DNA of 64,000 nt from Balamuthia mandrillaris (GCA_031835245.2 JAVKOQ020000039.1:62001-126000), one strand, 5' to 3'. Counted from the stretch's first letter, positions 1 to 12,252 are shown. Notes: generated by a model not told the origin, from the sequence alone. Made by a program: numbers and translations.

Positions 1-1337
1 GGAGCTGAAGGTGTTGTATGTCCTTCCTCTCCACCCCAGATCTCATCCGGTGTTTCATGGTCTGTCGCGAGTGGAACGCCTTGCGCAGAGAGCCCTTCCT
101 GTTGAAACTGTTGACTTCCACAACCTCGTCTTCGGTTTTGATGCTAGACGCGCCCAAAAGAAGGAGGATCCTGGCAATGTGGCTCCCTTGCGAGGATTCT
201 TATAAAGTTGTGGTGTTGGGGGAAGGCGGCACCGGACGCATGAGCTTTATCCGTCGTGTAACGGGCGAATTCGACTATCTCGACCAGCTTCCTTTCGGTC
301 TGCTTGGTCTTGACAGGTTTCTTTCTCTCTTTCTTCTTGTTTCTTTCTTGTCATTCCCTTCTGCTTGTTCTTGTTCTTGTTATTCTTCTTCTTCAACATC
401 TTTCATTTGTTCTAATTCTTTCTTGTTCTTCTTCTTCTTCTTGTTCTTGTTCTTGTTCTTCTTCTTTCTTCTTCTTCTTCTTCTTCTTTTCTCTTCATTT
501 TCTTTCATTTGTTTTCATGTATATGTGGGTGCCAACAACAAGGAAAAAAAACCATCAACAGGTTTAGCAAAACAGTGGAAATAGATGGTAAGGACGTTGT
601 TTTGGAATTTGCTCCTCCTACGAAGAAACCCTACAAAGACCCATGTATAGTCTCCTCTTTATAACTCCATCACATTCTGTTAGACACAATACACCATGCA
701 AACAGAGTAACTCACCGTTGTTCTTCTCCCAATAACAACTATATGAATAGCAAGAAATCCCAACCTGCGAAATGGAGATTGCTTCTTGATATTCTACTCA
801 GTAACATCCCGTCAAACCTTTGAGGCCGTTCCTCCGCTCGTGGAACTCATTCGCCAAGCACAAGGAGGCGGGAGAGGCAAGCGCCCTCCACGCGGGGAGC
901 CCACCCGCCAAGCGGGTTACTGCGACATGATCCGCTGTCCTCCCATCATCATCATTGGTAACAAAATGGACCTTGCGTCTTCTCCTCAGCAGCAAGCACA
1001 AAGAGAAGTCTCTTTCGCGGAAGGAAAGAGGTTGGCGGATTCTCTGTTGGTTTATCGTTGGAACGAAGATGAACCAAGGAGCAAAAAGAAGAAACATAAG
1101 AGCGAGAAGAAAGGAGGATTCGTGTTTCGCAAAAACTTTTTCGAGATGAGCGTGAAGAACAACATCGCCATGTTCCATGGAGTTGATGTGGAGCACCCTC
1201 ACACCAGGGAGGATGTGGTGTCTGTTGTTGTGGAGGAGGTAGTAAGACAGATCGATGAATGGAGATACCGCCGTGTGTTGCGAGAGGAAAAGGAGATTCT
1301 TGCTTTGGCAAAAAACAACACATGCCTGTTGATGTAA
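1..1337 (+). CDS. F-box + Ras/Rap-like (degenerate) small GTPase with C-terminal CaaX; 5' end probably upstream of the window; 2 introns seen
   Basis: F-box-like SFLSTPDLIRCFMVCREW. Ras-like segments: YKVVVLGEGGTGRMS, FSKTVEIDGKDVVLEF (exon ~562-644), NGDCFLIFYSVTSRQTF, IIIIGNKMDL, FFEMSVK. Ends CLLM*. Confidence 0.75.
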
Positions 1338-1381
1338 ACAAAACGAAAATAAAGGAAAGAGAAAAGAAGGAGAAAGGTGGA

Positions 1382-2757
1382 TCAGTTGCTGGCATGTTGG
1401 CGTAAGAACACGCCAGGCATCCAACTGCTACACGCCATCACGTGGGTGATAGCATTGGTGTCGTACTCGTCCCCAGAGCGATAGGTCTCAAAAAACCCGT
1501 TGAGCTTCTTCACTCTATCCGGCCACATTTCCACCGCTTGCAGACCTTTTTGTATATAAAGTTTTAAACAACCAAACATAAGAATAAGGAATAGAAAACA
1601 CAAAGCAGAAGAGAGAACAACATACCAATGGACACTCCATAGTTCGTGAATGCATACTTGGTCTCTCTCATCTCCGGATGTCTGCAAAAATATCCTCTGC
1701 CTCCTCCTCTTCCTTCTCCTTCCTCCTCCCCTCCGCTCCCGGTGTCTCCATTCCCCTCCACCCACATCCTATCCAGCGTCCGCAGGCAGGTCTTCCTCAG
1801 GTGCTGCGCCCAACGCTCCTGCGGGAACCAATGCGTCAGCCACAGGCTCTCCCCCAAGCCCAGGTCCTGCTCGCAAACGAACCGCTTGTAGTTCTTCATC
1901 ACCAAGGCGCGCATCTCCTCGATCTCCTCCTCCAAGTTCTCCTGCCCTCCCGCTCTGCGCTCCGCCCTCTCCGCCGCCGCCTCCTCCGAGGAGTACGGCG
2001 CATAGGAAGAGGAAGCGATCAAGCGGTAGGTCACGTAGCCGTCGTAGTGGTCGAGAGCGCCCAGGCCGTAGCCCGGGTAAGGCCCGCTGAGGTCCTGCTT
2101 CATCTTCCACAGCACCCCAACGCCCGGCACCACGAACGGGCGATGGATCTGCTTGACCAACCTTACGGCCGCTTGGTGATACTGTCGCTGCTTTCTCTTG
2201 CTTTCTTCCCGCTCCTCTCTTTCCGTTTGCTTTGCTTCATCCGAAGGAGACGGAGAAGAAACAGAAGAAGACGACGAAGAAGGAGGCGAAGGAGAAGAAC
2301 TGGCGGAAGAAGAAGAAGAAGCAAACGCTTTGGAGAGCCGAGAGAGAGCAAAGGCCCATTTCATGAGGTAGTGGAAGTACTGTCCGTCTCGGTCGGGCTC
2401 CTCGCCGATCCTCAGCCCGCCGTAGGGGCAGGCCTCCCGCGTGCCCAAGGCCTTGTAGACGTTCTCCACGAGGAGCTCCGCCTCGGCCAGGCAGCGACGG
2501 CGCTCCTCCCGGCGGTGCGGGGGCGTGGCATGAAAGAGGGAGACCAGGGTGCAGAGGCCGTGGGCGTCCGTCCAGAGGTAACGCGGCGAGGAGAGCTCGT
2601 TGCGGGGGCTCCAGATCCTTTGCTCCTCCATCCAACGCAGGTGAGAGAGCACTTTGGAGGAGAGGTAGGAGGAGGAGGTGGTGGAGGAGGCGGTGGTAGA
2701 GGAGGAAGCGGAGGCGGAGGAAGCGGAACAACAACGGATGATGATGGTTTTCTTCAT
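1382..2757 (-). CDS. Conserved uncharacterised protein of the RYLWTDA / DGQYFHYL type (bacterial/fungal-like); one 80-nt intron (1546-1625)
   Basis: Motifs RYLWTDA, GLRIGEEPDRDGQYFHYL, GVLWKMKQDLSGPYPGYG, FTNYGVSIG. A GT-AG intron joins it in frame to GLQAVEMWP...AITHVMACSS. GC3-rich codons. Confidence 0.8.
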
Positions 2758-2952
2758 GAACTTCCTATTCTTTGGTTTGGGTGGTTGGTTTAAGTTTGAG
2801 GGCGAAGAAAGAAAGAGAAAGGGAGAGTGAAAGAGAAACCAAGCGTGTATAACGTAATAAACCCTCCCATTCTCGGTGGTGGGGGTGGCGTTGGGCAGTG
2901 GAAGGAAGATGGTAGAAAGAAGAGAGAATGGTCATTGAAACTATTGGAGGAT

Positions 2953-3150
2953 GGGAGAGAGGATATGAGCGAGGAGAGAGAAGAGAGGAGAGGATATGAG
3001 CGAGGAGAGGAGAGGAGAGGAGAGGAGAGGAGAGGAGAGGAGAGAGGGAGAGAGAGGAGGAGAGAGGAGAGGAGAGGAGAGGAGAGGAGAGAGGAGAGGA
3101 GAGAGGATATGAGAGAGGAGAGGATATGAGAGAGGAGAGAGGAGAGAGGA
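2953..3150. repeat. Purine-rich (GAGAG)n satellite punctuated by four GAGGATATGAG units
   Basis: Directly visible between the DHHC stop codon and the start of the downstream minus-strand gene. Confidence 0.85.
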
Positions 3151-3274
3151 TAGGAGATAGGAGTTCAGGTAGAGCAGAGAGAAGAGAAGAGGAAGAGAAG
3201 AGAGTGAAGTGTAGTGCAGCGGGGAGGAGAGAAAGGATAAAGAGAGAAAAAATAAATAAATTGAGAAGTGAGGT

Positions 3275-4860
3275 TCAAGAAAGAAGGGAAGTGGTCTCTT
3301 CCGCATCATCTCCTTTGCCTTCAGAGTCATCCTCATCATCCGCCTCCCCCACAATTGACAACACCTCTCTTCTTCGTTGTTGTTTGGCCTCGCGTCTTGC
3401 TCTTCTTTCTTCCTCCTTTTGTTGCAAACGACGTTCTTTTTCTTCTTGCTCTCTTCTTTCCTCCTCTCTCACAGTGTTGGGAAAGAAGCAGCCGTCGCCG
3501 ATGGAGGTGAACACCGGCAAGAACCACAACCATGGATTGGTGCCAAACACTTGTTCAAAATTTTGGCGCCAAGAACGAAGGTCATATGGGTTAACCTGTT
3601 TGTTGGTGTTTCTCTCGGTTAGCACAAACAGCAGAAAACAGAGAGAGAGAGAGAGAAACGAAGAAAAGAGAACAATAGAAAAATAGAATGAAACACAAAA
3701 GAAAAGAACAGGGCGAGAGAAGAAGAAAGAGAAACGAAAAAAAAAACGAACGAAACCTTTCGTTTGCGGTCGCTGTGAACGGAGGAGCCTATTCGTGTAC
3801 GGTAGCCGTCAAAGCTTTCAATAGTGCTCATGTTCAGGCATGCCAGCCGCAAATGCACGCCAGCAAAGCCCGAGATGCCCAACCCAAAAACCGAACATAC
3901 AACCATTATAATGTACACCTGAATAGACGCAGCCGACATTTCCTGCAGTACAACAAAGCACAGAGCGGAAAGGTAAGCATACATGTATGAGTGAAGGATG
4001 GAACAACAAAAAAGAAAGACATAGATGAACAGTAATACGCGAAGAAAACACGGAATGAAAGAAAGGAAGAAACCAGAAAGATAGACAGATATAAACGAGA
4101 AGAAGAAGAAGAAGAAGAAGAAGAAGAAGAAGAAGAAGAAGAAGAACAAGAACAAGAAGAAGAAGAACAAGAACAAGAACAAGAAGAAGAACAACAACAA
4201 CAACAACAAAAACAAGAACAAGAACAAGAACAAGAAGAACAAGAGAAGAAGGAGAAACCTTAAATGCAGAAGAAGTAAAATAGGGAACAGCACAGAGTAG
4301 AGCTACAAAACAGAGAAGAGGCAAATATGTCACAAACAATATAAAGTACTTGTAGTTTCCAAAACCAACACAGTTGTTGACCCATGGACAGTGATGGTCC
4401 ATCTTTCAAACATGAAAAAAAAAACACAACAAAAAGTGAGTGCGTTTCTTCTTGCGAAAGAACAAGTGGTGGTCTTCTTCTTACCTTCAGCACACACTTC
4501 TTGCAAATACGACAGTGATGTGCCCTTTGTTGTTGATAGTTGAGTGAATAAAGAACCAAGACAGGAGAGAGAGAGAGAGAGAGAGAAGAAAGGGAACCTG
4601 TCAGGCTTTGGCTTACGGCACTTGGAACAAACGCGGGAAGCGCCGTCGCGATTCGTAAGAATAGAGTCCGAAGGTTCTGAGAGCGGTCCCGCTGTTCCGT
4701 CAACCAACAAAGAGGATGAAGATGAGGAAGAACTTTCTCCTCCTCCCTCTTCTTCTCTGCCAACTTCCACTTGCTCCCACTGTTTTTTTTTTTTTTTTTG
4801 TTATTTGGATTAGTGGAGTGCAGATTTTTCATCAAAAAGAAAGTGAAAAGGAACGAGAGG

Positions 4861-4913
<53 letters not shown>

Positions 4914-5471
4914 AAACAGACAACATACGTAGCGCTGACAAAAGGAGCTCGGGGTATACCCAGGAGAGGCTATCACGCATCTCATGTAGCTGGTCAGCGT
5001 CAGCCCCAGCAGCCCGTGCAGCACCGCGCACTCCACCGCCGCCAACAGCCGCCACCCCCCACCGCCGCCCCACTGCGGCAGCCATATGTAGAGCAGGTAG
5101 GCCACGTAGCAGTAGGCCACCATGGCCCAGACCAGCAGGACGGGAACGAGGCCCACCCACCACCACAGCATCCTGTGGCGCGGTTTGTCCGACGCCAGAT
5201 TCTGGTTTTGGCGGGAACGGCTGCCGCTGCGGCTGCTGCTGCGGCTGCTGCGGGAACTGCCACGGTGGTGGGAACGGCGGGAGGAAGGCGGGGTACCAAA
5301 AAAGACTCCCCCAACACCGTCGGTGAGGGGTTCGGCGGTTCTGCCACGAGAAGAAGAGGAGGAAGATTTTGTTTTGGAGGAAGGGGAATGGGGGGGAGGT
5401 GGTTGTGGTTGTTGTTGTTGTTGGGAGAAGTCAGGCCCCTTTACTTCGTCATCATCCACCTCGAACAGCAT
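3275..5471 (-). CDS. DHHC-type protein S-palmitoyltransferase (multi-exon)
   Basis: [11 protein letters not shown] / [13 protein letters not shown] / [25 protein letters not shown] helices, NMSTIES (TTxE), NPYDL...NFEQVFG. Confidence 0.95.
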
Positions 5472-5897
5472 GATCCTCCCCGACTCGCCTCGAGTCTCAC
5501 AAGCCGCTTTGTTTGGAAACGCAGAAGAATACAGCCAAGCCAACCGAGCAATGCGCAAGGACCCAAAGCTCACAAAATCCACAGAAAAAGCGAAAGAAAA
5601 AGCTCCGAGAGAGAAGAGCAACCTCTTCCTTCCACTTCGTACAACCCCCCAACACGAAACACAGACGAAAAAGAAAAAGGACTACCTTTCTTCTTCTGTT
5701 TCTTTTTCTTCCCTTCCGGGCTACAATTATACTATAATTGGAATATATTTACTTAATTAGTCTGCGTCCACGTGGTTGATTCCTATTGGTGGATCTCATA
5801 TCATTATTTCGTAACAAATAAGGACATTGTGACGTCGATCATTGTCGACATAAACGTGCTTAGCATTCTTTGTAAATGAAACAAACAAAGAGAAAAA

Positions 5898-8096
5898 ATG
5901 ACGGGTTTGGCTGTGGGGAGGTTGTTGCTCCTCTCTGTGGGTCTCTTCCTGGTCGTATGCTTCACCCACCCACGCCTGTGCCAAGCCTTCGAAGGGGACC
6001 TCTGCCTCAACGTGGATGGGGAACTGGTTGCTTGCCCCACCACAAACCCTCCTCATGACAACGACGCTCCCCATCACAATCAACCAACAGCACGTCGCGT
6101 GGCCATCGTCGGTGGCGGCGTTGGTGGAAGCTCAGCTGCCTATTTCCTGCAAACCATTCTTTCATCCCCTTCTGCTTCTTCTTCCTCCTCCTCCTCTTTA
6201 GCTGCCGCACTGCTCCCTCAGAAACAACGACAGCCCCAACAAAAGGTGGAGGTGGTGGTCTACGAGCGACAAAAGCAGCCAGGCGGGCGCGTGCAGGACG
6301 TGGAGCTGGAGGGAGTGCACGTGGAGGTCGGTGGCTCCATCTACCACGGCTGCAACAAGTTCTTCCGCAGCTTCGTCCACGAGTTTGGCCTCACCGAAGT
6401 CGCAGCCTCTCTCTCCTCCTCCGCCAAAGAGGCCGCCGCATCTCCTATGGCTCAGCTGCTGATGCTGGAGGAGGAGCGCGAGGACGACACTTTGGCCGTT
6501 TGGAACGGGAGGGAGCTGCTCTTTCGCACGAGCGAGTGGCAGGCCGTCACTCTGGCAAAAGTTCTGTGGCGTTACGGCCTCGCTCCCTTTCGAGCCAGAG
6601 CGCTCGCCACGCAAACAAAGGATCGCTGGTTGGCCGTTTATGACTTTTTGCTTCGTCAGCAGCAACCTCAGATAGAAGAGACGGAGGAAGAAAGATGGCC
6701 ATGTTGGAAGACGACGAAAGAGCTGATGGAACGCCTGGAAGTGTTTAACCTGACGCAGAAAACTTTGAGAGAGGAGTTGGTGGAGAATGGAGTGGACGAG
6801 CAGTATATCGATGAAATCATAACGGCTGGCATTCGCGTTAACTACGGACAAAATACTTCCATCAATGCTTTCGCTGGTTCGTTACGTTGTCTAGTTTCTT
6901 GTTTGAGCTTTTCTCATCCTCTGTTCTCTTTATCATCTTTTATTTGCTTTGCATGTCTTTAGGATATGTGAGCATGCTCGGGGCCGAGTCTTCTGAGCTC
7001 TATCATGGTTCGTTACTTTGCAACTCCATCATCGCTCCTCTCACTCTGCCTCTCTTCCTTCTTTTTGTAACACTTTTCCCAACAACCAAACTTAGTGAAA
7101 GAGGGAAACAACAAAGTTATTCGTAGCTTGCTGTCCCGTTCAGGCGCAGAAGTGCGCACGAACACTGCCGTTACAAGCATAACTCGCAAAGTTGTTGCCA
7201 GCAACGAAGAATCTACTCGCCCTCGCTTCCAATACGTCGTCAAGAGCAAAAAGACGAGTTCCACTGTGGATGACATTGACAACAATTTCAAAGAAACAAT
7301 ACCTACAGAAGGGAGTGGAGAATCAGAAGATTCGTTTGATGCTGTTATCATTGCTGCTCCATTGGAATTGGCTGGATTGGAGGTGTACTTTGATAATAGC
7401 TTGCCTTCCTCCGCCGCCTCCCTCGGTGATGAACGCTTTCAACGAGGTCTTCAAGTGCATCAACTCCCTCCCTCCGCAACGAGAAAGAGGCCTTATCAAG
7501 TTACTCATACCACTTTCGTGGCGGGCATTGTAGAGCCGGAGTTCTTCCAACTTGCCAACGACTCTGTCCCTCCTTTTGTGATCATGACCACCGAAACGCC
7601 TGATGTTCCATTCTCGAGCTTGGTATTTTCTTCGTTCATTTTGTTGTTTCTTGTTTCTATCTCTCATCACTTTGTTCTTTGTTGTTGGGTCTTTCTTTCA
7701 TCTTGCTTCCTTCTGGTTTCCTCGTTTCCTCACCTACGATATTGAAACACCAAGGCGGGCAAAGGAAGAACCAACCATCCCTCACAGAAATCCAACGACC
7801 CCACGGCAACCCTTCTCCGCTATCACACCCTCTACAAGATCTTCTCGCGCCAAGATATGACCGAAGAGGTGCTCTCTCTCCTCTTTCGGGAACGCAGCAA
7901 AACGGTGCGTTACAAATGGAGCGCTTACACCCAGTTGCAACCTTTCACCGAGGTGTCGCTCTGGCCGGATCCTGTTTTGGATGGAGCGGACCTCTATTAC
8001 ATCAACGCTTTTGAGACGGTCGTATCCACCATCGAAACGGAAACGGTCGCCAGTCGCAACGTTGTTCATCTCTTGTTGAATAGTTTGTCTCGTTAA
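5898..8096 (+). CDS. PCYOX1: Prenylcysteine oxidase / farnesylcysteine lyase (FAD-dependent, signal peptide)
   Basis: Signal peptide; VAIVGGGVGGSSAAYFL; ERQKQPGGRV; VEVGGSIYH; RVNYGQN; LYYINAFETVVSTIETETVASRNV. Confidence 0.9.
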
Positions 8097-8304
8097 CTTT
8101 TTTTTTTTGCTTGACTTTGTAACTGTTGTTGCATGTTTCTCTGATGCTCTAAAGAAAAAGAAAAGAAAAGAGAAAAAGAAAAGAGAAAAGGAGAAAAAAT
8201 AAATAAAGAAAAAGAAAAAGAAAGAAGTGTCTTGTTAGAAGACCCCAAAGAAAACACACACGCACAAGAAAAAAAAGGAGATGGTTAGATGGTATTGTTA
8301 GTTA

Positions 8305-9291
8305 TCATCCATTGACAATCTCTTTGGTCCACTCGTAGACTACAAAGGAAATACTGACGGAGGGGACCACTTTTAAATAGTTGGGCAGCATGCCTTTGTA
8401 GAAGCCTCTGATGCCTTCCGCTATGAATATGGACTTGGCGCAGTGCCAAGTGTTGTTGTAGGCCGGATGGCCCGCAAAGCCCTGCATCTGCATCCTTCGT
8501 CGCAGCACGTCCAATGGATAGGTCGCTGTTTGACATTTTTTTAACTTAGCCTCAATGTTTTTTCTACTTCTCCTCGCTATTAATGCTCTTCTTCTCGCTC
8601 TCTTGCTCTATGTTGGCTTTTTCTCTGCAAAAAAAGATAGAAAGCATACCAGTTTGTGAGACAGCGCCGGCGATGGCGCCACTGACCCAATGTATGAAAG
8701 CTGGCGGCCAATGATTGGTTGGTCTGTTCAGAAACCGCTTCAGCAGTTCATACGTTGCAAAGTTTAGTCCAACATACGGTGCAATGCCCTGTTACCATTA
8801 TTTAAATGGTATAAGTCTTAACTTCTTTTAAGGATGAGAGGGAGAAACATACCATGATGGTAGCAGTGATGCCTTTGTAAGTGGCAAGAAAGCCCTCACT
8901 GCGAAGGATGTGAGAATAGGCATGCCAAATGCCTCTGTACTTGATGGAAGAAGAAGTGGAGTCGGCGCTCAACCGAGTACGAATGAGATCCAATGGATAG
9001 GTGGCGACGACGCAGGTGATGCCCGCTCCCGCTCCTGCGCTGAGAAACCGGAAAGGATGAGAGTCTTTGGTCACGTTCAAAACCTTCTTCAACCACTCGT
9101 AGGAGGCGAATTGGACGGCAGAGTAAGGAAAGATCCGGATGACGTTCGCTCCGTTGCCACGGAGATAGCCTTGGATGCCCTCCTCCTTGAACAGCACTTT
9201 AAGGCCGTGCGCTACCCCGTTGTATTTTCGATTTTGGTTTGCGCGTTGTAACTATTTTGTGTGTTTAAAAGTGACAAAAAACTATCAGTTT

Positions 9292-9336
<45 letters not shown>

Positions 9337-9474
9337 GTATAAGAAGAGAAATATCAGAAACGAGGAATTCACTGAGTTTGATCAACACGTTATCTTCAGT
9401 GACAGTGATTCATCAGCGTGGCAACAGTTGTTGCTGTAGTCAAAAGAGACCCAAGAGAAGAAGAGAAAGAAAAC

Positions 9475-9506
<32 letters not shown>

Positions 9507-10203
9507 AGAGAGAGGGAGGGGGAGAGAAAGAGAGAGAGAGAGAAGAGAGAGAGCTAAATAACAGCATAGAGAAAGAGGTGGCGCTTCAAACCTGCAACAA
9601 TATTTTTATTCGCTCGAGAGGAGAAACGGCGGTACGGGAGACGGCACCAGCGACGCCGCCACAAAAGAGGTCTTTGAACACCTGTGTGGAGCTCTTGCCA
9701 TCTTTCGGTTTGGTTTCGGCAGGAGAGGCAATAATAGCAACAGAAGAAGTAGAGGCACAAGTCTTTGCGAGAAACTATTTGAAGTAAGAAAGAGTGAAAA
9801 GGGATGAGAACGATCAACCGAAACGCAGAAAGAGGAGAGCAAAGAGGAGGGGTTTTACTTTGTTGATTTGGTCGGCAGAAAGAGAAGCGGAGGAGGACGA
9901 GGAGGAGGACAGGAAAGCAACCAGCGGAGAAGGAGAAGAAAAAAAGGGTTTGTGTGAAGTGTTGTGGAGGGAGTGCAAGCGCATTTGGCCCCACGGCCAA
10001 GGAGGCGCTGCAAAATAACCGCCAGCCCTATTCGTACTGCTGGCGCTGCCGAGGTTGCTGTGGTGATTGTGAGGATGACGCTTGCTTTCATGGGAGGGCA
10101 AAGAAGGAGCAGAGGAGGAAGAGGACGACCAACAACACTCTCCGCCAGTGGTTGCTGTTGTTGTTGGGGAGTGAGATGACGATGCGCCCCACGCTTGTGA
10201 CAT
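8305..10203 (-). CDS. Mitochondrial carrier (SLC25; adenine-nucleotide/CoA carrier-like) with low-complexity N-terminal extension
   Basis: Three carrier repeats with [16 protein letters not shown] and [57 protein letters not shown]. The start codon at 10203 is tentative. Confidence 0.9.
9354..9416 (-). ncRNA. Intronic box C/D snoRNA, copy 1 (SLC25 intron 9252-9591); predicted SSU rRNA guide, snR57-like
   Basis: On the minus strand: C box cTGATGA, D' CTGA, C'-like TGTTGA, guide GAATTCCTCGTTT, D box CTGA. Same strand as its host gene. Identical to 53797-53859. Confidence 0.85.
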
Positions 10204-10819
10204 TTTTTTTTAAAGAAGGCTTAGAAACACTACACAGTGAACAAGGAGAAGCAGAAGCTATAGGAACTCGGCGAACACTGTCAAACAAGAAACAAAAGGG
10301 GAGGAGGGAGCAAAAAAAAAAACGAGGGAACACTCTCCCTTTGGGGAAAAGAGAGAGATTTAAAGTTGGGGTTTCTCCTCTCTCGCTCTCTCTATTTTTT
10401 TTTCTTGCCTTTCTTTTCTGCTTATTTTTTTTTTTGCTTGAGGGTTTTTTCAGTTATAAATCTACACAAAAACGCAAAAGCTATGGAAGGCCTTCAGTTC
10501 GACGCCACCCGAAAACACGGAAGGTTGGGGATCTGAAATAAGATCTCTGCTTTCTTTTTTTGATTGAAAGGTGATTGATCACGTTGATCGCTACCTTATG
10601 ATTGGTGGATATTAGCGTTAAGGAGAAAAATTATTCGGCCTTTTTGAGGAAGGAAAGGACGCTCCTCAACCAAAAGGTAAAAGGAGGAGGAAACCTCTCC
10701 CTCCTGCATTCGCACCACAGCATCATTTTTTTTTTCGCTTTAGGTTGTTGGGTTGAAGAAAAACTCAAGAACAGGGCAAGGACATCGAGGAGAGAGAAGA
10801 GGACCATTGAAAAAATACA

Positions 10820-11635
10820 ATGCCAATACGACGAACTGCTAGCAGACCGACAGCAGGAGGAGCCGGAAGGCGAACAGGCGGGGGAGGTCTCTCTCGCTCT
10901 CGTCCTCACCGCTCCAACTTTAGTTCTTCCTCCTCGTCCTCCTCCTCTCGTCGTCATCGCCGTCGTCGTCCTCATGGTCACCACCACAAAGGCGGTAGCT
11001 CCGTGATCATCCCCTTGGGCGGTGCTCCTTCTTCTCCCTCTTCTTCTCTTAGCTCCCCGCCCTCCCCTCATCAGCCCATCCCTTCCTCTCAGACTGTACA
11101 AATCACCATCGAACCCATCTACGACGACAACAGCAACAGCAGCCCCCTCCTCCAAAGAAAAGGTTACAGCGGGAAGACGCTCGATGACACGCAGCAGCAT
11201 TATACCCTGACGCTGCGGTCGGATGTGACCTTGGCCATGGCCCACGATGCCATCCTCGAGCAGTGGAAGCGCAACGTGGCCATCAACTACCAGATTGCAG
11301 AGGTGATGACGACGGCGCAGCAGAGGGAGGTAGAGGAGGGATCATCATCATCCCCTTGTGCCCTCCAAATCATGATAAGCAACATGATGATCGGGGCAGA
11401 GGCGGAGGATAGCGATCATAGTGGTAGAGGAGGGGAGGATGAAGGGGATGGCAGTTGCATGAGCAGCAGGCGGGAGAGGAAGGATGAGGGTAGGCAGTTG
11501 CATTGGGGGGAGCAGTACAACCAGCCGTTGCAGCAGCTGGTGGATGATGGGGCGGTGTTGTTGGTCACTATCGTGGAGGAGGTCATAACGCCAAAGAACA
11601 AACACAAGAACCATGTGACATGTACCCTCTTCTGA
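10820..11635 (+). CDS. Intronless 271-aa protein, divergent membrane-anchored ubiquitin-fold (UBL3/MUB-like), C-terminal CaaX
   Basis: VQITIEP...YTLTLRSDVTLAMAHDAILEQW...LQIMISNMMI...LQQLVDDGAVLLVTIV, then polybasic KNKHKNH and CTLF*. Confidence 0.55.
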   Translation: MPIRRTASRPTAGGAGRRTGGGGLSRSRPHRSNFSSSSSSSSSRRHRRRRPHGHHHKGGSSVIIPLGGAPSSPSSSLSSPPSPHQPIPSSQTVQITIEPIYDDNSNSSPLLQRKGYSGKTLDDTQQHYTLTLRSDVTLAMAHDAILEQWKRNVAINYQIAEVMTTAQQREVEEGSSSSPCALQIMISNMMIGAEAEDSDHSGRGGEDEGDGSCMSSRRERKDEGRQLHWGEQYNQPLQQLVDDGAVLLVTIVEEVITPKNKHKNHVTCTLF

Positions 11636-11716
11636 CAGCGGAAGAAGCAAAAAAGAAAAAAAAGCAAAACAAAATAAAACAAAAAGAAACGAAAACGAAG
11701 CAACAAAAGGAGGGAG

Positions 11717-11758
<42 letters not shown>

Positions 11759-11825
11759 GAGAAGACTGAAGAGGAAGAGACTAGAGAAAGAAAAGAAAAC
11801 AGCAATACATAGTTGCACTAACTAA

Positions 11826-12216
11826 TTAAGAAGAGAAAGAACCATTAACGAGATTTTGGAGTTGGTCCTGGGAAATCTTGGCGTTTACACTGAGGGAGTA
11901 GGTAGTGGCCTTGCTCTCATCCAGCATCTTTCCAAAGGCACTGCTCAGGGTCTCTGGTTTCAACGGCAATGGAGTGGCTGCACATGCTTCCAAATAGCGT
12001 TTGGAGGCATCTTCCTTTGTAATCTGTTTTGATTTTGTTTGTCATAAGTAAAGAACAGAAGAAAGTTGGGGAAGAAAGATAGTACCTTTGTTAATTGGTT
12101 TTTGCCACCTGTGGTCAAGAAGATGATGGAGGAAGGATGGGGTCCAAGATTGGGCGACTGCAATATCCTCGTTACAATTCGTTGGCTGTGTCAAGGATTG
12201 TATTTAGAACACTTTC

Positions 12217-12252
<36 letters not shown>

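Noticed and set aside
1678..2793. 371-aa plus-strand ORF
   Set aside because: Antisense shadow of the GC3-rich minus-strand gene; no motifs of its own.
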